NCBI GenBank assembly: GCA_964639295.1
Contig: CAZXDT010000001.1
Coordinates: 181,068 to 245,067, forward strand
DNA: 64,000 nucleotides
Direction: 5' to 3'
Source of the DNA: an uncultured Candidatus Saccharibacteria bacterium
Lineage (GTDB): Bacteria > Patescibacteriota > Saccharimonadia > Saccharimonadales > JALRHH01
Below are positions 9,069 through 18,155 of the stretch, piece after piece (the stretch's first letter is position 1; every line of letters begins with the position of its first letter). Below the pieces are notes generated by a model that searched no databases, was not told the DNA's origin, and saw only the letters and a program-made list of their open reading frames with translations. The position numbers were made by a program, and so were the translations under genes.

Positions 9069-9097
9069 ATATTAGCACAAACGTGACGTTTTGTCAA
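9069..9097 (-). promoter_or_regulatory. Sigma70-type promoter of the Fic-kinase gene
   Basis: Minus strand TTGACA-N17-(TGc)TAATAT. 24-nt A-rich leader with no Shine-Dalgarno before ATG 9044. Confidence 0.5.
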
Positions 9098-9115
9098 TGT
9101 TAGGCTATGGATTTT

Positions 9116-10198
9116 CTATACGTCAGTTGTTCTAAATATTGCGCGAGCTTTACGGTACCGCTGTACGGGCAAAAAGGTGTCAATAAACTTTGTAATGTCA
9201 GAGTAGTCATTGGTAGGATCATCGACTCTCAGCTCTGTAGGAATGCCGTCAACTTGACCAGTGTAATCAAACGGCTTTAAGGTAAGAATCCCTGAGTACA
9301 CTACTCGCTTATCTGTCCCGTAAACAGTTGCCGGACTATCAGCTTCACGGATACGATCAATCCAAACACGTCCTTCCGAATCAGAAGCCATGTACCACTC
9401 ATACGTAGTCCCCTGCATTTCACTGCGATATACTTCACGAACAATATCACCCAATAACGCATGGTGGTCATGCTCTACGCGTTCTGGCTCATCAAAAGCA
9501 GGGATTGCTCCAGAAGCTTCAAGTGCGGCATTTATTTTGCCGACGTGTTTCTCAAGCATATCAGGCAGATCTTTCAGAAGTACATCATCTAATATCTCGG
9601 CAAGGGTGTACTCTTCTAGTGTGTCCTGAGCTACCAGCTGCAACACTTCGCTCAAGGTTGTATCCGGAAAGTGAGTCGTTTGCATTTGTTCACTAAAATC
9701 TCGAGTAATCTCTTCGTATGCTGGGGCGTTCTTATAATATCTCACAGGGTTAACATTTGGCTTGCTCTGGCCAAGAGCAGTAATCATTTTTGGCATTGCT
9801 TCGGCAAAGTCAGGATGTAATTGTGTATCCTGTGTATATTGATGCAGAGGATTGCTCCTGTCACCCTTAATATACGCTCCAGTAACTGTACCTTCATGAG
9901 CAATACCAAGTGCTACACGAAATACGCCTTCACTATCAGAGCGATAGACAAACATGAGCCTGCTGTTACCTTCAGGATCAGTAGTGGTGAAACCGTATGC
10001 TTCCCGGTCCTCTGTCTTGAGCCGACCGTTCATGTCAAATAGTACTCCATCGATTAAGCACTCTTTGTCTCTTCCAGATTCATAAGACTCCGCCACGCTC
10101 AGTGTGCCAATTTCAAGAGCAGTAGCTGACATGACCTGCTCAGCTCCACTGAACTCAGGGGTATTGGGCTGTTCTAGGGTGTGGTCTTGGTGAGTCAT
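9116..10198 (-). CDS. Hypothetical acidic protein with an internally repeated SDSEG motif
   Basis: 360-aa ORF. FVYRSDSEGVFRVAL and WYMASDSEGRVWIDRI suggest two related halves. No family recognised. Confidence 0.5.
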   Translation of the reverse strand: MTHQDHTLEQPNTPEFSGAEQVMSATALEIGTLSVAESYESGRDKECLIDGVLFDMNGRLKTEDREAYGFTTTDPEGNSRLMFVYRSDSEGVFRVALGIAHEGTVTGAYIKGDRSNPLHQYTQDTQLHPDFAEAMPKMITALGQSKPNVNPVRYYKNAPAYEEITRDFSEQMQTTHFPDTTLSEVLQLVAQDTLEEYTLAEILDDVLLKDLPDMLEKHVGKINAALEASGAIPAFDEPERVEHDHHALLGDIVREVYRSEMQGTTYEWYMASDSEGRVWIDRIREADSPATVYGTDKRVVYSGILTLKPFDYTGQVDGIPTELRVDDPTNDYSDITKFIDTFLPVQRYRKARAIFRTTDV

Positions 10199-10233
10199 TT
10201 TTATTTTGGTTTAACGGTGGTTATTTATCAATA

Positions 10234-10722
10234 CTACGTTTCAGTACGATATTGGCGGATTGAACCTTCCATACCCTGGACATTACCAGCGTAGTAAGCC
10301 GTATTCCCTGGTTTCATGGTTGATGAGTCGGCAAAAAGTACAGAAGCTTTGTTAATAACACGAGCGATGTCACTACCATACTCAGGTTTTAACGCACCCA
10401 CAAACAATCGATGTTGCAGTTTCCCGATACCAGTTGTATCTGGGGCCCATTCATCCTTTTGTGTCTCTGCTCGTTTGACTACCTCATCAGCATCGGCAAA
10501 CAATTCATTCCATCGATCTTGAAGCTCTGGAGACATACTCGTAACACTTACATCCTGTACATAAACAGTTGGGTTACGAAGCGCCATTTCAGCACTGGTG
10601 ATGATTTCTCCATCATACACTGCTGCGGCCTCAAAGATATCTGCCCATTCATTACCAATAGTACGTTGCTGTTCAGCAACAAGTGCTGGGTTGTTTTGGA
10701 GCTCGGGGCTTGATGATGTCAT
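10234..10722 (-). CDS. Hypothetical acidic protein
   Basis: 162-aa ORF with its own consensus promoter immediately upstream. Confidence 0.5.
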   Translation of the reverse strand: MTSSSPELQNNPALVAEQQRTIGNEWADIFEAAAVYDGEIITSAEMALRNPTVYVQDVSVTSMSPELQDRWNELFADADEVVKRAETQKDEWAPDTTGIGKLQHRLFVGALKPEYGSDIARVINKASVLFADSSTMKPGNTAYYAGNVQGMEGSIRQYRTET

Positions 10723-10730
10723 ATACTTTT

Positions 10731-10759
10731 ATATTAGCATAAGCGTGACTGATTGTCAA
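10731..10759 (-). promoter_or_regulatory. Sigma70-type promoter, leaderless geometry
   Basis: Minus strand TTGACA-N17-(TGc)TAATAT, with the -10 ending 8 nt before ATG 10722. Confidence 0.5.
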
Positions 10760-10781
10760 TTGTATACTGCTGTAGTTAGTA

Positions 10782-11138
10782 CTAGAACCTGCTGTCCAGT
10801 GAAATGAGAATGTCACCGATTTCCGGCTCACCCGGATGACGCTCGACTTTGCCCGTTAGATCAATCCCCTCATCTGTTTTATAGCCTTTGCCAAGCAGAA
10901 GATTGTCAAAAGCTTCGTTGGCTATACTGAAACGAGCCATGGTCTCAGCTTTACGTACTATGTTTTCGTCATCATATGCTGTTGTATCAAATCGCCAATT
11001 GCTAGCACCGAACCGTTCGTCGAGACGTTGTGCCCAGGTTTTACCAAAGCTAACCTCATTTAAGTCACGTTTTGTTACGCCATGTTTAGTTAATCTGCGC
11101 CATGGCCCTTCATGCTCCTGAATCCGTTCACTTTCCAT
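10782..11138 (-). CDS. Hypothetical protein
   Basis: 118-aa ORF. No recognised motif. Confidence 0.45.
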   Translation of the reverse strand: MESERIQEHEGPWRRLTKHGVTKRDLNEVSFGKTWAQRLDERFGASNWRFDTTAYDDENIVRKAETMARFSIANEAFDNLLLGKGYKTDEGIDLTGKVERHPGEPEIGDILISLDSRF

Positions 11139-11189
11139 GTATACAGTATATACAACCTAAGCCGTCAATTGATAAGTCCGTCAAATACT

Positions 11190-11215
11190 AAAAACTCCCC
11201 TTTTTGGGGAGTTTT
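11190..11215 (-). terminator. Intrinsic terminator after the receiver gene
   Basis: AAAACTCCCC-ttttt-GGGGAGTTTT. On the minus strand the hairpin is followed by TTTTT. Confidence 0.75.
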
Positions 11216-11232
11216 ATATGCTCCATGTAGTT

Positions 11233-11652
11233 CTATAGACCGAGGTGATGTTTGACGCGGTCTACGACGTCTGCGATGACAACTTGTGACTTCACAAGGT
11301 AATCATCAACTCCAAGGCTCTCTGCGCGCTGGCGGTCACTATCCTGACCAAGAGCGGTCAGCATAATAACCTTCACATTGATGGTCTCTGGGGTGTTACG
11401 AAGGATGTCTAAGACATCAAAGCCGCTGACTTTAGGCATCATGACATCAAGCAGAATCAGGTCTGGTCGGTAAGCCAACGCTGTTGATAGCGCTTCTTCA
11501 CCGTTTGGTACACGGCGGATATCAAAACCTTCTGCCTGAAGACGTGTTTGATAGACACTCGCGAGTGCGTCATCATCCTCTACTAATAAGATCTTTTTTG
11601 CTTGTGGTGCCGCTTGAGGTGCGACAGGTGTTTGTTGAGTGTTATCATCCAT
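11233..11652 (-). CDS. Stand-alone CheY-like response-regulator receiver (canonical)
   Basis: ILLVEDDD...DLILLDVMMP...VIMLTA...DDYLVKS. Start moved to MDDNTQQ (11652) because a promoter sits 7 nt upstream. Track ORF ran to 11688. Confidence 0.8.
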   Translation of the reverse strand: MDDNTQQTPVAPQAAPQAKKILLVEDDDALASVYQTRLQAEGFDIRRVPNGEEALSTALAYRPDLILLDVMMPKVSGFDVLDILRNTPETINVKVIMLTALGQDSDRQRAESLGVDDYLVKSQVVIADVVDRVKHHLGL

Positions 11653-11659
11653 ACCTGTT

Positions 11660-11688
11660 ATGCTAACGCATAAAGGGGTAAGTGACAA
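11660..11688 (-). promoter_or_regulatory. Sigma70-type promoter, leaderless geometry
   Basis: Minus strand TTGTCA-N17-TAGCAT, then 7 nt to ATG 11652. Confidence 0.45.
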
Positions 11689-11706
11689 GTAGTACGGAGT
11701 GCGTGA

Positions 11707-13305
11707 CTATTTGAGCGCTGCTATGAAGCTGTCAAACAATGGGTGTGGTCGGTTGGGCCGTGACAAGAATTCTGGGTGTGCCTGTGTGGCGATAAAAAAC
11801 GGGTGGTCAGTGCCTTCGATCATTTCTACTAGATGGCCATCGGGGCTTGTGCCAGATGCCTTGATCCCCCATGATTCGTACTGATCACGGTATGCATTGT
11901 TACACTCGTAACGGTGACGGTGACGCTCGACAATCTTAGTTGAACCATACACCTTTTCAGCCAAACTGCCCTTTTCGATCTTACAGTCGTAATCACCGAG
12001 TCGCATGGTGCCACCGGTGTTTTCTAAGCCTTTTTGATCGGCCATAGTACTAATTAGCAAGCTGTCGCTGTCTGGATTGAGTTCTTCACTTGTTGCTTCT
12101 TTAAGCCCACCATTACGTGCTGCTGCCACAACTGCCATTTGTAGCCCCAAACAAAGACCAAGATATGGCACTTTACTCTTGAGTGCATGCTGTGCAACGT
12201 GGATTTTGCCCTCAAGTGCACGCTGACCAAAGCCGCCAGGAACAACAACACCGTCACAGCCTTCGATTGCCGCTGCGACATCTGACTCGGGCGTATCAAG
12301 TGCTTCTGCATCAATCCATTTAACGGTCATATCTACACTATTGTGCCAAGCTGCTGCAGAAAGAGCTTCTGTCACGGACATGTACGTGTCATGGTTATCC
12401 ATATATTTGGCAATGATACCAACGGTTACCTTCTTACGTGGCGTACTGAGCGCACGGTGCACAAATTCACGCCAATCGCTCAAATCTGGCTTTTTGCCAT
12501 CTACATCTAGTCGCTTACAGATGACTTCTGCAATACCCTCGTCTTCAAGCGTTAATGGCACTTGGTAAATTGATTTTGCGTTTGGTAACAATGCAATTGC
12601 ATCTGTTGGAACACCAGAAAAGAGGCTCAGTTTATCAATAACACCCTTAGGTGCAGCCACTTCACTGCGGGCTACCAGCACGTCAGGGACGATGCCAAAG
12701 CCACGTAGTTCGCGCACGGCGTTCTGGGCGGGCTTGGACTTCACTTCTTTACTGGCGCCAAGATATGGCATATATACAACGTGTACAAACACGCAGTTTT
12801 CACGGCCGACCTTCATAGGCATTTCACGAATTGCTTCGATTAATGCCAGGCTTTCGTAGTCACCGACAGTACCACCGATTTCGGCGATATGAACATCGAA
12901 GCCCTTGCCTGCTTTAATAATTTCTTCTTGGAACGCGTTAGTTACGTGTGGGATGTACTGAACTGTTTTGCCTTGGTATTTGCCTTTGCGCTCGTTATCG
13001 AATACTTTACGCATCACGCGGCCAGCCATCATGGAACTACTTTGAGTTAGTTCCTGATCAAGGAATCGTTCGTAGTGACCAAGATCAAGGTCAGTTTCCG
13101 CACCGTCTTTGGTAACAAAGCATTCACCATGCTCTGCAGGGTTGAGCATACCAGCGTCCATATTGAGGTATGGATCGCATTTTTGGATGTTGACGTTGAG
13201 CCCGCGGGCCTTTAAGAGATTTCCGATTGAGGCGGCGGTGATACCCTTTCCTAATCCAGAAAGCACACCACCAGTAACAAACACATATTTAGTAGGCTTG
13301 GCCAC
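11707..13305 (-). CDS. pyrG: CTP synthase
   Basis: 532 aa. KYVFVTGGVLSGLGKGITAAS, DPYLN, and glutaminase domain LGLCLGLQ...HRHRYE. Confidence 0.95.
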   Translation of the reverse strand: MAKPTKYVFVTGGVLSGLGKGITAASIGNLLKARGLNVNIQKCDPYLNMDAGMLNPAEHGECFVTKDGAETDLDLGHYERFLDQELTQSSSMMAGRVMRKVFDNERKGKYQGKTVQYIPHVTNAFQEEIIKAGKGFDVHIAEIGGTVGDYESLALIEAIREMPMKVGRENCVFVHVVYMPYLGASKEVKSKPAQNAVRELRGFGIVPDVLVARSEVAAPKGVIDKLSLFSGVPTDAIALLPNAKSIYQVPLTLEDEGIAEVICKRLDVDGKKPDLSDWREFVHRALSTPRKKVTVGIIAKYMDNHDTYMSVTEALSAAAWHNSVDMTVKWIDAEALDTPESDVAAAIEGCDGVVVPGGFGQRALEGKIHVAQHALKSKVPYLGLCLGLQMAVVAAARNGGLKEATSEELNPDSDSLLISTMADQKGLENTGGTMRLGDYDCKIEKGSLAEKVYGSTKIVERHRHRYECNNAYRDQYESWGIKASGTSPDGHLVEMIEGTDHPFFIATQAHPEFLSRPNRPHPLFDSFIAALK

Positions 13306-13363
13306 TACTCCTCCATCAAAAGTACTTTGGGTAATGATACCACAGGAGTACCGGCCCCTGGAA

Positions 13364-14587
13364 CTACTTTTTCAAGAAAACAAGGGCGGCGTCTTTTTGG
13401 GGGTCTTGGTTGTTCTTGAAGTTGTCGTCGGTACGTTCAACCTTTTGGTCTGGTTCGATACCGATTTTACTAATGCCTTTGCCGGATGGTGTGAACCAGT
13501 GCGCGCTGGTTACTTTGAGCATTGAGCCATCACCCAAGCGTAACAACTGCTGTACGCTTCCCTTACCGTAGCTCTTAACACCAATGAGTGTTGCGGCGTT
13601 ATTGTCACGTAATGCGCCGGCTGTAATTTCACTAGCAGAAGCACTACCGCCATCTATAAGAACCACTGTTTTAATACCCTTAAGTACAGGATTACCTTCT
13701 GCACGGTATGTCTTAACCACTACATCATCACGCTTCTCAAGCAACACCGTCTGGCTGGTGTCGAGCCATAGGCTGGAAACACTCTCTGCTGCATCCAATA
13801 AGCCACCTGGATCACCACGAAGGTCCACAATAACACCCTTAACATTGGCAGCTTTAAACTTGTTTGCAGCAGTACGAGCAAGACTGGCGGTATCAGGGCC
13901 AAAACGACTAATGGTCAATATACCAATATTGTCAGCATTTATTTCATCTTTGACACTCGGTAAGTTTATAACTGCTCTAGTTATTTCAAAGTCGATCGCC
14001 TCACTCTTATTACGAACCACTTTGAGCTTAACCTTAGTCCCGGCCTCACCCCTAATCTTCTTAACTGCCTCACCGACACTTAACGTGGCTGCAGATTCAC
14101 CATTGATTTCTGCAATGACATCTTTAGACTTAAGCCCAGCCTTCTCTGCTGGGAACCCTGATATAGGAGCAATAATCTCTATATTATTATCGGCATTTTT
14201 GCTTAATTCTGCACCAATACCTGTAAATGAACCGTTCAATTCACCATCAAACTCTTTGGCGTCTTTGGCGTTAAAGAATTCGGTAAACTGATCGCCAGTT
14301 GCCCCGGCGAGCCCACGCTTTAGACCATCCATGAGTGTAGCTTCATCAAGTTTGCCGTCATACTCTGTGCGGAGCTTGTCGTAAATTGCTTCTACGGATG
14401 CATAGTCAAGGTTATCAGGTAGGTTATTACCCTTAACTGCTTTGTTCTGATTAATGGCAATCCGGCCGTTGCCGACACTCACCCCTAATCCAAAAATAAT
14501 TACTCCTGCTAAAATCGCAGCTAGAAAACGTGTTGACCTACGGCGTTTTGGCTGCTGAATAGTCGGCAATGTGGCGTGTGATGTCAC
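13364..14587 (-). CDS. S41 family C-terminal processing peptidase with PDZ domain, N-terminal TM anchor
   Basis: 407 aa. PDZ (GFPAEKAGLKSKDVIAEING), DLRGDPGGLLD, IDGGSASASEI, YGKGSVQ. Confidence 0.85.
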   Translation of the reverse strand: MTSHATLPTIQQPKRRRSTRFLAAILAGVIIFGLGVSVGNGRIAINQNKAVKGNNLPDNLDYASVEAIYDKLRTEYDGKLDEATLMDGLKRGLAGATGDQFTEFFNAKDAKEFDGELNGSFTGIGAELSKNADNNIEIIAPISGFPAEKAGLKSKDVIAEINGESAATLSVGEAVKKIRGEAGTKVKLKVVRNKSEAIDFEITRAVINLPSVKDEINADNIGILTISRFGPDTASLARTAANKFKAANVKGVIVDLRGDPGGLLDAAESVSSLWLDTSQTVLLEKRDDVVVKTYRAEGNPVLKGIKTVVLIDGGSASASEITAGALRDNNAATLIGVKSYGKGSVQQLLRLGDGSMLKVTSAHWFTPSGKGISKIGIEPDQKVERTDDNFKNNQDPQKDAALVFLKK

Positions 14588-14667
14588 CTAGATAACTCCC
14601 CTCAAAGAATAATTTTAACTTAGGCATTATCTCACAAAACTCGTATAGAACCGCTTCAGTTTTAATT

Positions 14668-14697
14668 CAAATAAAACGGCAGAGATAAACTCTGCCG
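14668..14697 (-). terminator. Intrinsic terminator after the 143-aa gene
   Basis: CGGCAGAG-ataaa-CTCTGCCG, followed on the minus strand by TTTTATTT. Confidence 0.7.
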
Positions 14698-14716
14698 CTC
14701 AATCTACTAAATTGCC

Positions 14717-15148
14717 TTAACCCTTTGGCTGTTCGCCGTCAACGCGATCGACTGCTGCGTCAACTCGTTCCCAAAATGGAATTTCTGATTTTGCAAGTGC
14801 TTCATATAATTCGCCATCTGTTGCAAAATGCGTCTTTGGATCTATGCCACTCTCTGAAAGAATCGCTTCGCCAATCTTTTGGCCTCGCTGAGCATATGGT
14901 ACTTTAGGATACTCTGTATTAAATTCAGCATTTTCAGCATTTGCTTCATCACGCATAATATCGTTAGCCGTAACTTTACCCTTACCACCGAGTTTACTTA
15001 GTACAGAACGATCAGAATTTTCAACATCTGCCTGGTGCCCCCAACGCTTTTCATGGTCTTCCCTTAAGCCCTTTTGGTTGAAATTCTGAAAAACACCTGG
15101 CCTCCATGAGTCAGGTTCGATGTCGTGTGCAACTGTAATAGTTTTCAT
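14717..15148 (-). CDS. Hypothetical acidic protein
   Basis: Start set at MKTITVAHD (15148). The longer track ORF (to 15286) overlaps the upstream gene and would contain the promoter. Confidence 0.5.
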   Translation of the reverse strand: MKTITVAHDIEPDSWRPGVFQNFNQKGLREDHEKRWGHQADVENSDRSVLSKLGGKGKVTANDIMRDEANAENAEFNTEYPKVPYAQRGQKIGEAILSESGIDPKTHFATDGELYEALAKSEIPFWERVDAAVDRVDGEQPKG

Positions 15149-15155
15149 GAGTAAC

Positions 15156-15184
15156 ATATTAACATAAGCTTGATAATATGTCAA
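15156..15184 (-). promoter_or_regulatory. Sigma70-type promoter, leaderless geometry
   Basis: Minus strand TTGACA-N17-(TGt)TAATAT, then 7 nt to ATG 15148. Confidence 0.5.
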
Positions 15185-15203
15185 TATTCTACTCTTTACG
15201 TAA

Positions 15204-16319
15204 TTAGTAAGAGCGGGTGGTGTCGGAGCGTTGGCCGTTGAGGTAGCCGTTATATTCCCAGGTTGTGAATCTGTTGCCAGAAACACTAGTTACGTACATT
15301 GCATGACCCCAATAACCAGAAGTACTAATAGCTACATCGCCAGGTTCTGGGCTTCTATAGACGTCAACATCACCTGGGTGAGCATAAGCTGCCGCTACCC
15401 AGTCACGTGCATTTCCGTAGTAACGAGGGGCGTTGCGGCCAGAGGCTTCTACTGCCCATGCTGCGAATGAAACACATTGTCTCGTACAGTATCCCCATGC
15501 ATCTGGACCGTCGTTGTCGGCACAGCCGCCTGGGCTCATACCAAATCCGGCATTTCTATATGGGTAATTATCTGGATTGAAATTGTGGAAGTCACCCTTA
15601 AATCGTAGGAAGTAATAGCCACCATCAGGGGAACCAAAGTTCGCACGACGCTGCGCAGCAACAAGCTCATCTATGCGCTTGCTGTTAGCCTTGGTTTTAG
15701 CATTAAATGCATCTCTTTGTGACTGGTTATATGCGAGCAGATTGCTCTGTTCGTTATAGCTTGAAGCCAATTGTGCCCGTTGTGCAGCCTGGTCTTTAAG
15801 TAGTAGCTCTACAGCTTCTTTTTGCGCCTTGAGTGTTAGACGTAGTTCTTGGATTTTATCTAATGTAACTCTAATTTTATTCTGAACAGTGCCTCTGTAT
15901 TGTTCCCTATCGACAAAGTCACTCAGGTCTTTACTGGATGCAAGCATTTCGAGTGTAGAAATATCACCATCAAGGTACATACTACGGATATTCTGGCCAA
16001 TAAGATCACGTTGTTTAGCTAGTTCTTTTTCAGCAGCTATTATTTGATCGTTTAAATGAGCCTGCTGGGCAGTATTCTCGTCAATTTTAGCCTGAACGGC
16101 GGCAATATTTGCAGATAGCTGCCTAATTGCATCTTCATAACTAGCTGCTTCGTTTGCTAATGACTTAACCTGAGCATTGTTCTGTGCGTTTTCAGCTCGG
16201 AGTCGATTAATCTCATCTTGAGGAGTCGCAAATGTAAGCGGAGACACAACAAAACCCACCGCCAGTACGGCGACGAGCGCTAGTGAGGTGAGTTTCTTCT
16301 TGATTGTAATGTTTTTCAT
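15204..16319 (-). CDS. PcsB-like secreted peptidoglycan hydrolase (coiled coil + C-terminal CHAP domain)
   Basis: Start at MKNITIKKKLTSLALVAV (signal peptide). Long coiled-coil region. CHAP Cys (GYCTRQCVSFAAWAV) and His (WGHAMYV). Located directly after ftsEX. Confidence 0.8.
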   Translation of the reverse strand: MKNITIKKKLTSLALVAVLAVGFVVSPLTFATPQDEINRLRAENAQNNAQVKSLANEAASYEDAIRQLSANIAAVQAKIDENTAQQAHLNDQIIAAEKELAKQRDLIGQNIRSMYLDGDISTLEMLASSKDLSDFVDREQYRGTVQNKIRVTLDKIQELRLTLKAQKEAVELLLKDQAAQRAQLASSYNEQSNLLAYNQSQRDAFNAKTKANSKRIDELVAAQRRANFGSPDGGYYFLRFKGDFHNFNPDNYPYRNAGFGMSPGGCADNDGPDAWGYCTRQCVSFAAWAVEASGRNAPRYYGNARDWVAAAYAHPGDVDVYRSPEPGDVAISTSGYWGHAMYVTSVSGNRFTTWEYNGYLNGQRSDTTRSY

Positions 16320-16346
16320 GTTTTTGTCTTTAGATTTGACAGATAT

Positions 16347-16375
16347 ATAGTACCACAGCTTATGCTTAATCTCAA
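16347..16375 (-). promoter_or_regulatory. Putative internal promoter for the CHAP hydrolase gene
   Basis: Minus strand TTGAGA-N17-(TGg)TACTAT. 27-nt leader ending GACAAAAAC, without a Shine-Dalgarno. Confidence 0.4.
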
Positions 16376-16462
16376 GTCCCTCCCTGACCGTAAGGTCTGA
16401 TCTAAGATACATCAATAGACTCTACTTATTTGCCGGATAATTCACAGTCTTTTCGTCTAGCG

Positions 16463-17425
16463 CTACTTAGTAGTCTTGAACTTGAGATACCTCTGTGTCG
16501 CAACAATTGAGGAAATAGCACCAATTAGGATACCAATAGTCATTTGGGCGGCTAAAATCACCCAGAAGTGTCCCTTGAAGTACGTACTAGCGTAATTAAT
16601 GTCCAGTAGCCCAAAGCTACTTGCACCAAGGGTTGATGATGAAACGACGAACAAGAAATGACAGATAGTTACGGACAGAACTGACGCAATCAAGCCGTAT
16701 GCAACAGTTTCTACGACAAATGGACCTCTAATAAACCAAGTACTAGCACCAAGTAAACGCATAATTTGCAGCTCGTCCCTGCGGTTGAAGATAGCCATAC
16801 GAATGGTATTAAAGATAATAAGCATCGATACCAGTGCAAATACCACTACCCCAACCAAACCAGCCCGCTGGAAAAACCTCGTTGCTCTGGTAATAGCATC
16901 AATGGCATCTTTACGCTCACCAGAATACGAAGTTGGGTCTGACTGTAACGTTTTAACATCGGGACTCTCTATGAAAGTACGGATTTCCTCGATCTTATTT
17001 GGGTCTTTAGGCTTGATACGTAAGCTTGCAGGTAATGGATTGTCTGTTTGAGAAATAGCAGCTAACAAATCTGGTTTGTTCTGATTGGCTTTCTTATAGT
17101 CGTCAAGCGCCTGATCTTTTGAAACAAAATCAACCGTCTTTACGTTTTCAAGCTGCTTAAACTGACCAATCAACTGCGTCCGACGATCTACCGTGACGTC
17201 ATCTTTTAGATATACAGAGATGTCTATTTTATCTGTAATTTGTGCGACTGTGTTAGCGAATGTTGCATTTGTAATCGCAGAAAACAAAATAATTGTGAGT
17301 GTAATGACCATTACGGCAATAGCTGCCACGGCTAATGTTAAGTTACGCGCGAAGTTTTGCAAACCAGTGCGTACAATACGCATTTGAGTTATAAAAAAGT
17401 GATTGCCTGGCGCTTTTGATGACAT
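16463..17425 (-). CDS. ftsX: Cell division permease FtsX
   Basis: 320 aa, four TM segments with a large first extracytoplasmic loop. Directly downstream of ftsE. Confidence 0.85.
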   Translation of the reverse strand: MSSKAPGNHFFITQMRIVRTGLQNFARNLTLAVAAIAVMVITLTIILFSAITNATFANTVAQITDKIDISVYLKDDVTVDRRTQLIGQFKQLENVKTVDFVSKDQALDDYKKANQNKPDLLAAISQTDNPLPASLRIKPKDPNKIEEIRTFIESPDVKTLQSDPTSYSGERKDAIDAITRATRFFQRAGLVGVVVFALVSMLIIFNTIRMAIFNRRDELQIMRLLGASTWFIRGPFVVETVAYGLIASVLSVTICHFLFVVSSSTLGASSFGLLDINYASTYFKGHFWVILAAQMTIGILIGAISSIVATQRYLKFKTTK

Positions 17426-17427
17426 TC

Positions 17428-18117
17428 TTAAGATTCCTTGTACTGTGCGTTGGCACGATCGCTCTCAATTTTACCGTCCTCTATGGTCACGACCCGACGT
17501 TTGAGCTTGTTAACAATCTCTGTGTTATGCGTCGTTAATAGGACAGTGGTTCCGTAGCGATTAATCTTTTCTAAAATCTTGATAATATCCCAGGCGTGTT
17601 TAGGGTCAAGGTTACCTGTTGGCTCGTCTGCAATGAGAATCTTGGGCTGACGCACGATGGCACGAGCTATTGCTACACGTTGGCGTTCACCACCGGACAA
17701 CTCCATAGGCATTCGCTTTTCTTTGCCCTTAAGCCCCACTATGTCTAGAACGCGCGGCACAGTGTGTTCAATTTCTTTGTTCCCAAAGCCAACTATCTCT
17801 AGTGCAAAGGCCACGTTTTCGAATACATTCTTATTATTGAGCAGTTTAAAGTCCTGGAATACCACGCCAATTTTGCGGCGCAGTAGTGGGATATCCTTGT
17901 CCTTAAGTTTGTCATAATCGATGCCACCGATGACGATTTTGCCGCTGGTTTGACGCTCTTCCCTGGTCAAAAGCTTGAGTAGCGTAGACTTACCAGCACC
18001 AGATTTACCAATAATAACTACGAATTCTTTCGGCTCAACATGCAAAGAAATACGATCAAGCGCCGTGCTACTGCGGTTATAAACCTTTGTTACCCTATCC
18101 AATAGAATCATTAGCAC
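17428..18117 (-). CDS. ftsE: Cell division ATP-binding protein FtsE
   Basis: 229 aa. Walker A GKSGAGKST, ABC signature LSGGERQRVAIARA, Walker B ILIADEPTGNLD. Confidence 0.9.
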   Translation of the reverse strand: MLMILLDRVTKVYNRSSTALDRISLHVEPKEFVVIIGKSGAGKSTLLKLLTREERQTSGKIVIGGIDYDKLKDKDIPLLRRKIGVVFQDFKLLNNKNVFENVAFALEIVGFGNKEIEHTVPRVLDIVGLKGKEKRMPMELSGGERQRVAIARAIVRQPKILIADEPTGNLDPKHAWDIIKILEKINRYGTTVLLTTHNTEIVNKLKRRVVTIEDGKIESDRANAQYKES

Positions 18118-18155
18118 TATTCTACCATAGATTTAGTAGTGATTCCTGAGAGAAA

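Noticed and set aside
9860-9990. TTDPEG in the 360-aa protein matches the (S/T)xxxE(G/N) Fic-inhibitory motif, suggesting it could be the antitoxin of the Fic-kinase.
   Set aside because: A six-residue degenerate motif is expected by chance in a 360-aa acidic protein. There is no helix context or size similarity to known Fic antitoxins. It is worth testing only after structure prediction.
13584-14291. 235-aa plus-strand ORF antisense to the S41 peptidase gene. Similar long antisense ORFs lie at 29436..29870, 35977..36468, 47932..48390, 57596..58123, 59339..59827 and 59828..60451.
   Set aside because: Each lies entirely inside a well-supported gene on the other strand. Each has low-complexity Ser/Pro/Leu/Val-rich composition with no motifs, typical of shadow ORFs. 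Those inside the fibre gene simply mirror its repeats.
14717-15286. Longest-ORF start codons for several genes: 14717..15286, 15204..16415, 11233..11688, 25775..26566, 42981..43619, 45114..46205 and 24063..24431.
   Set aside because: The extended N-termini overlap neighbouring genes, promoters or terminators and add non-homologous residues. Internal starts restore family-typical N-termini and sit at proper RBS or promoter distance.
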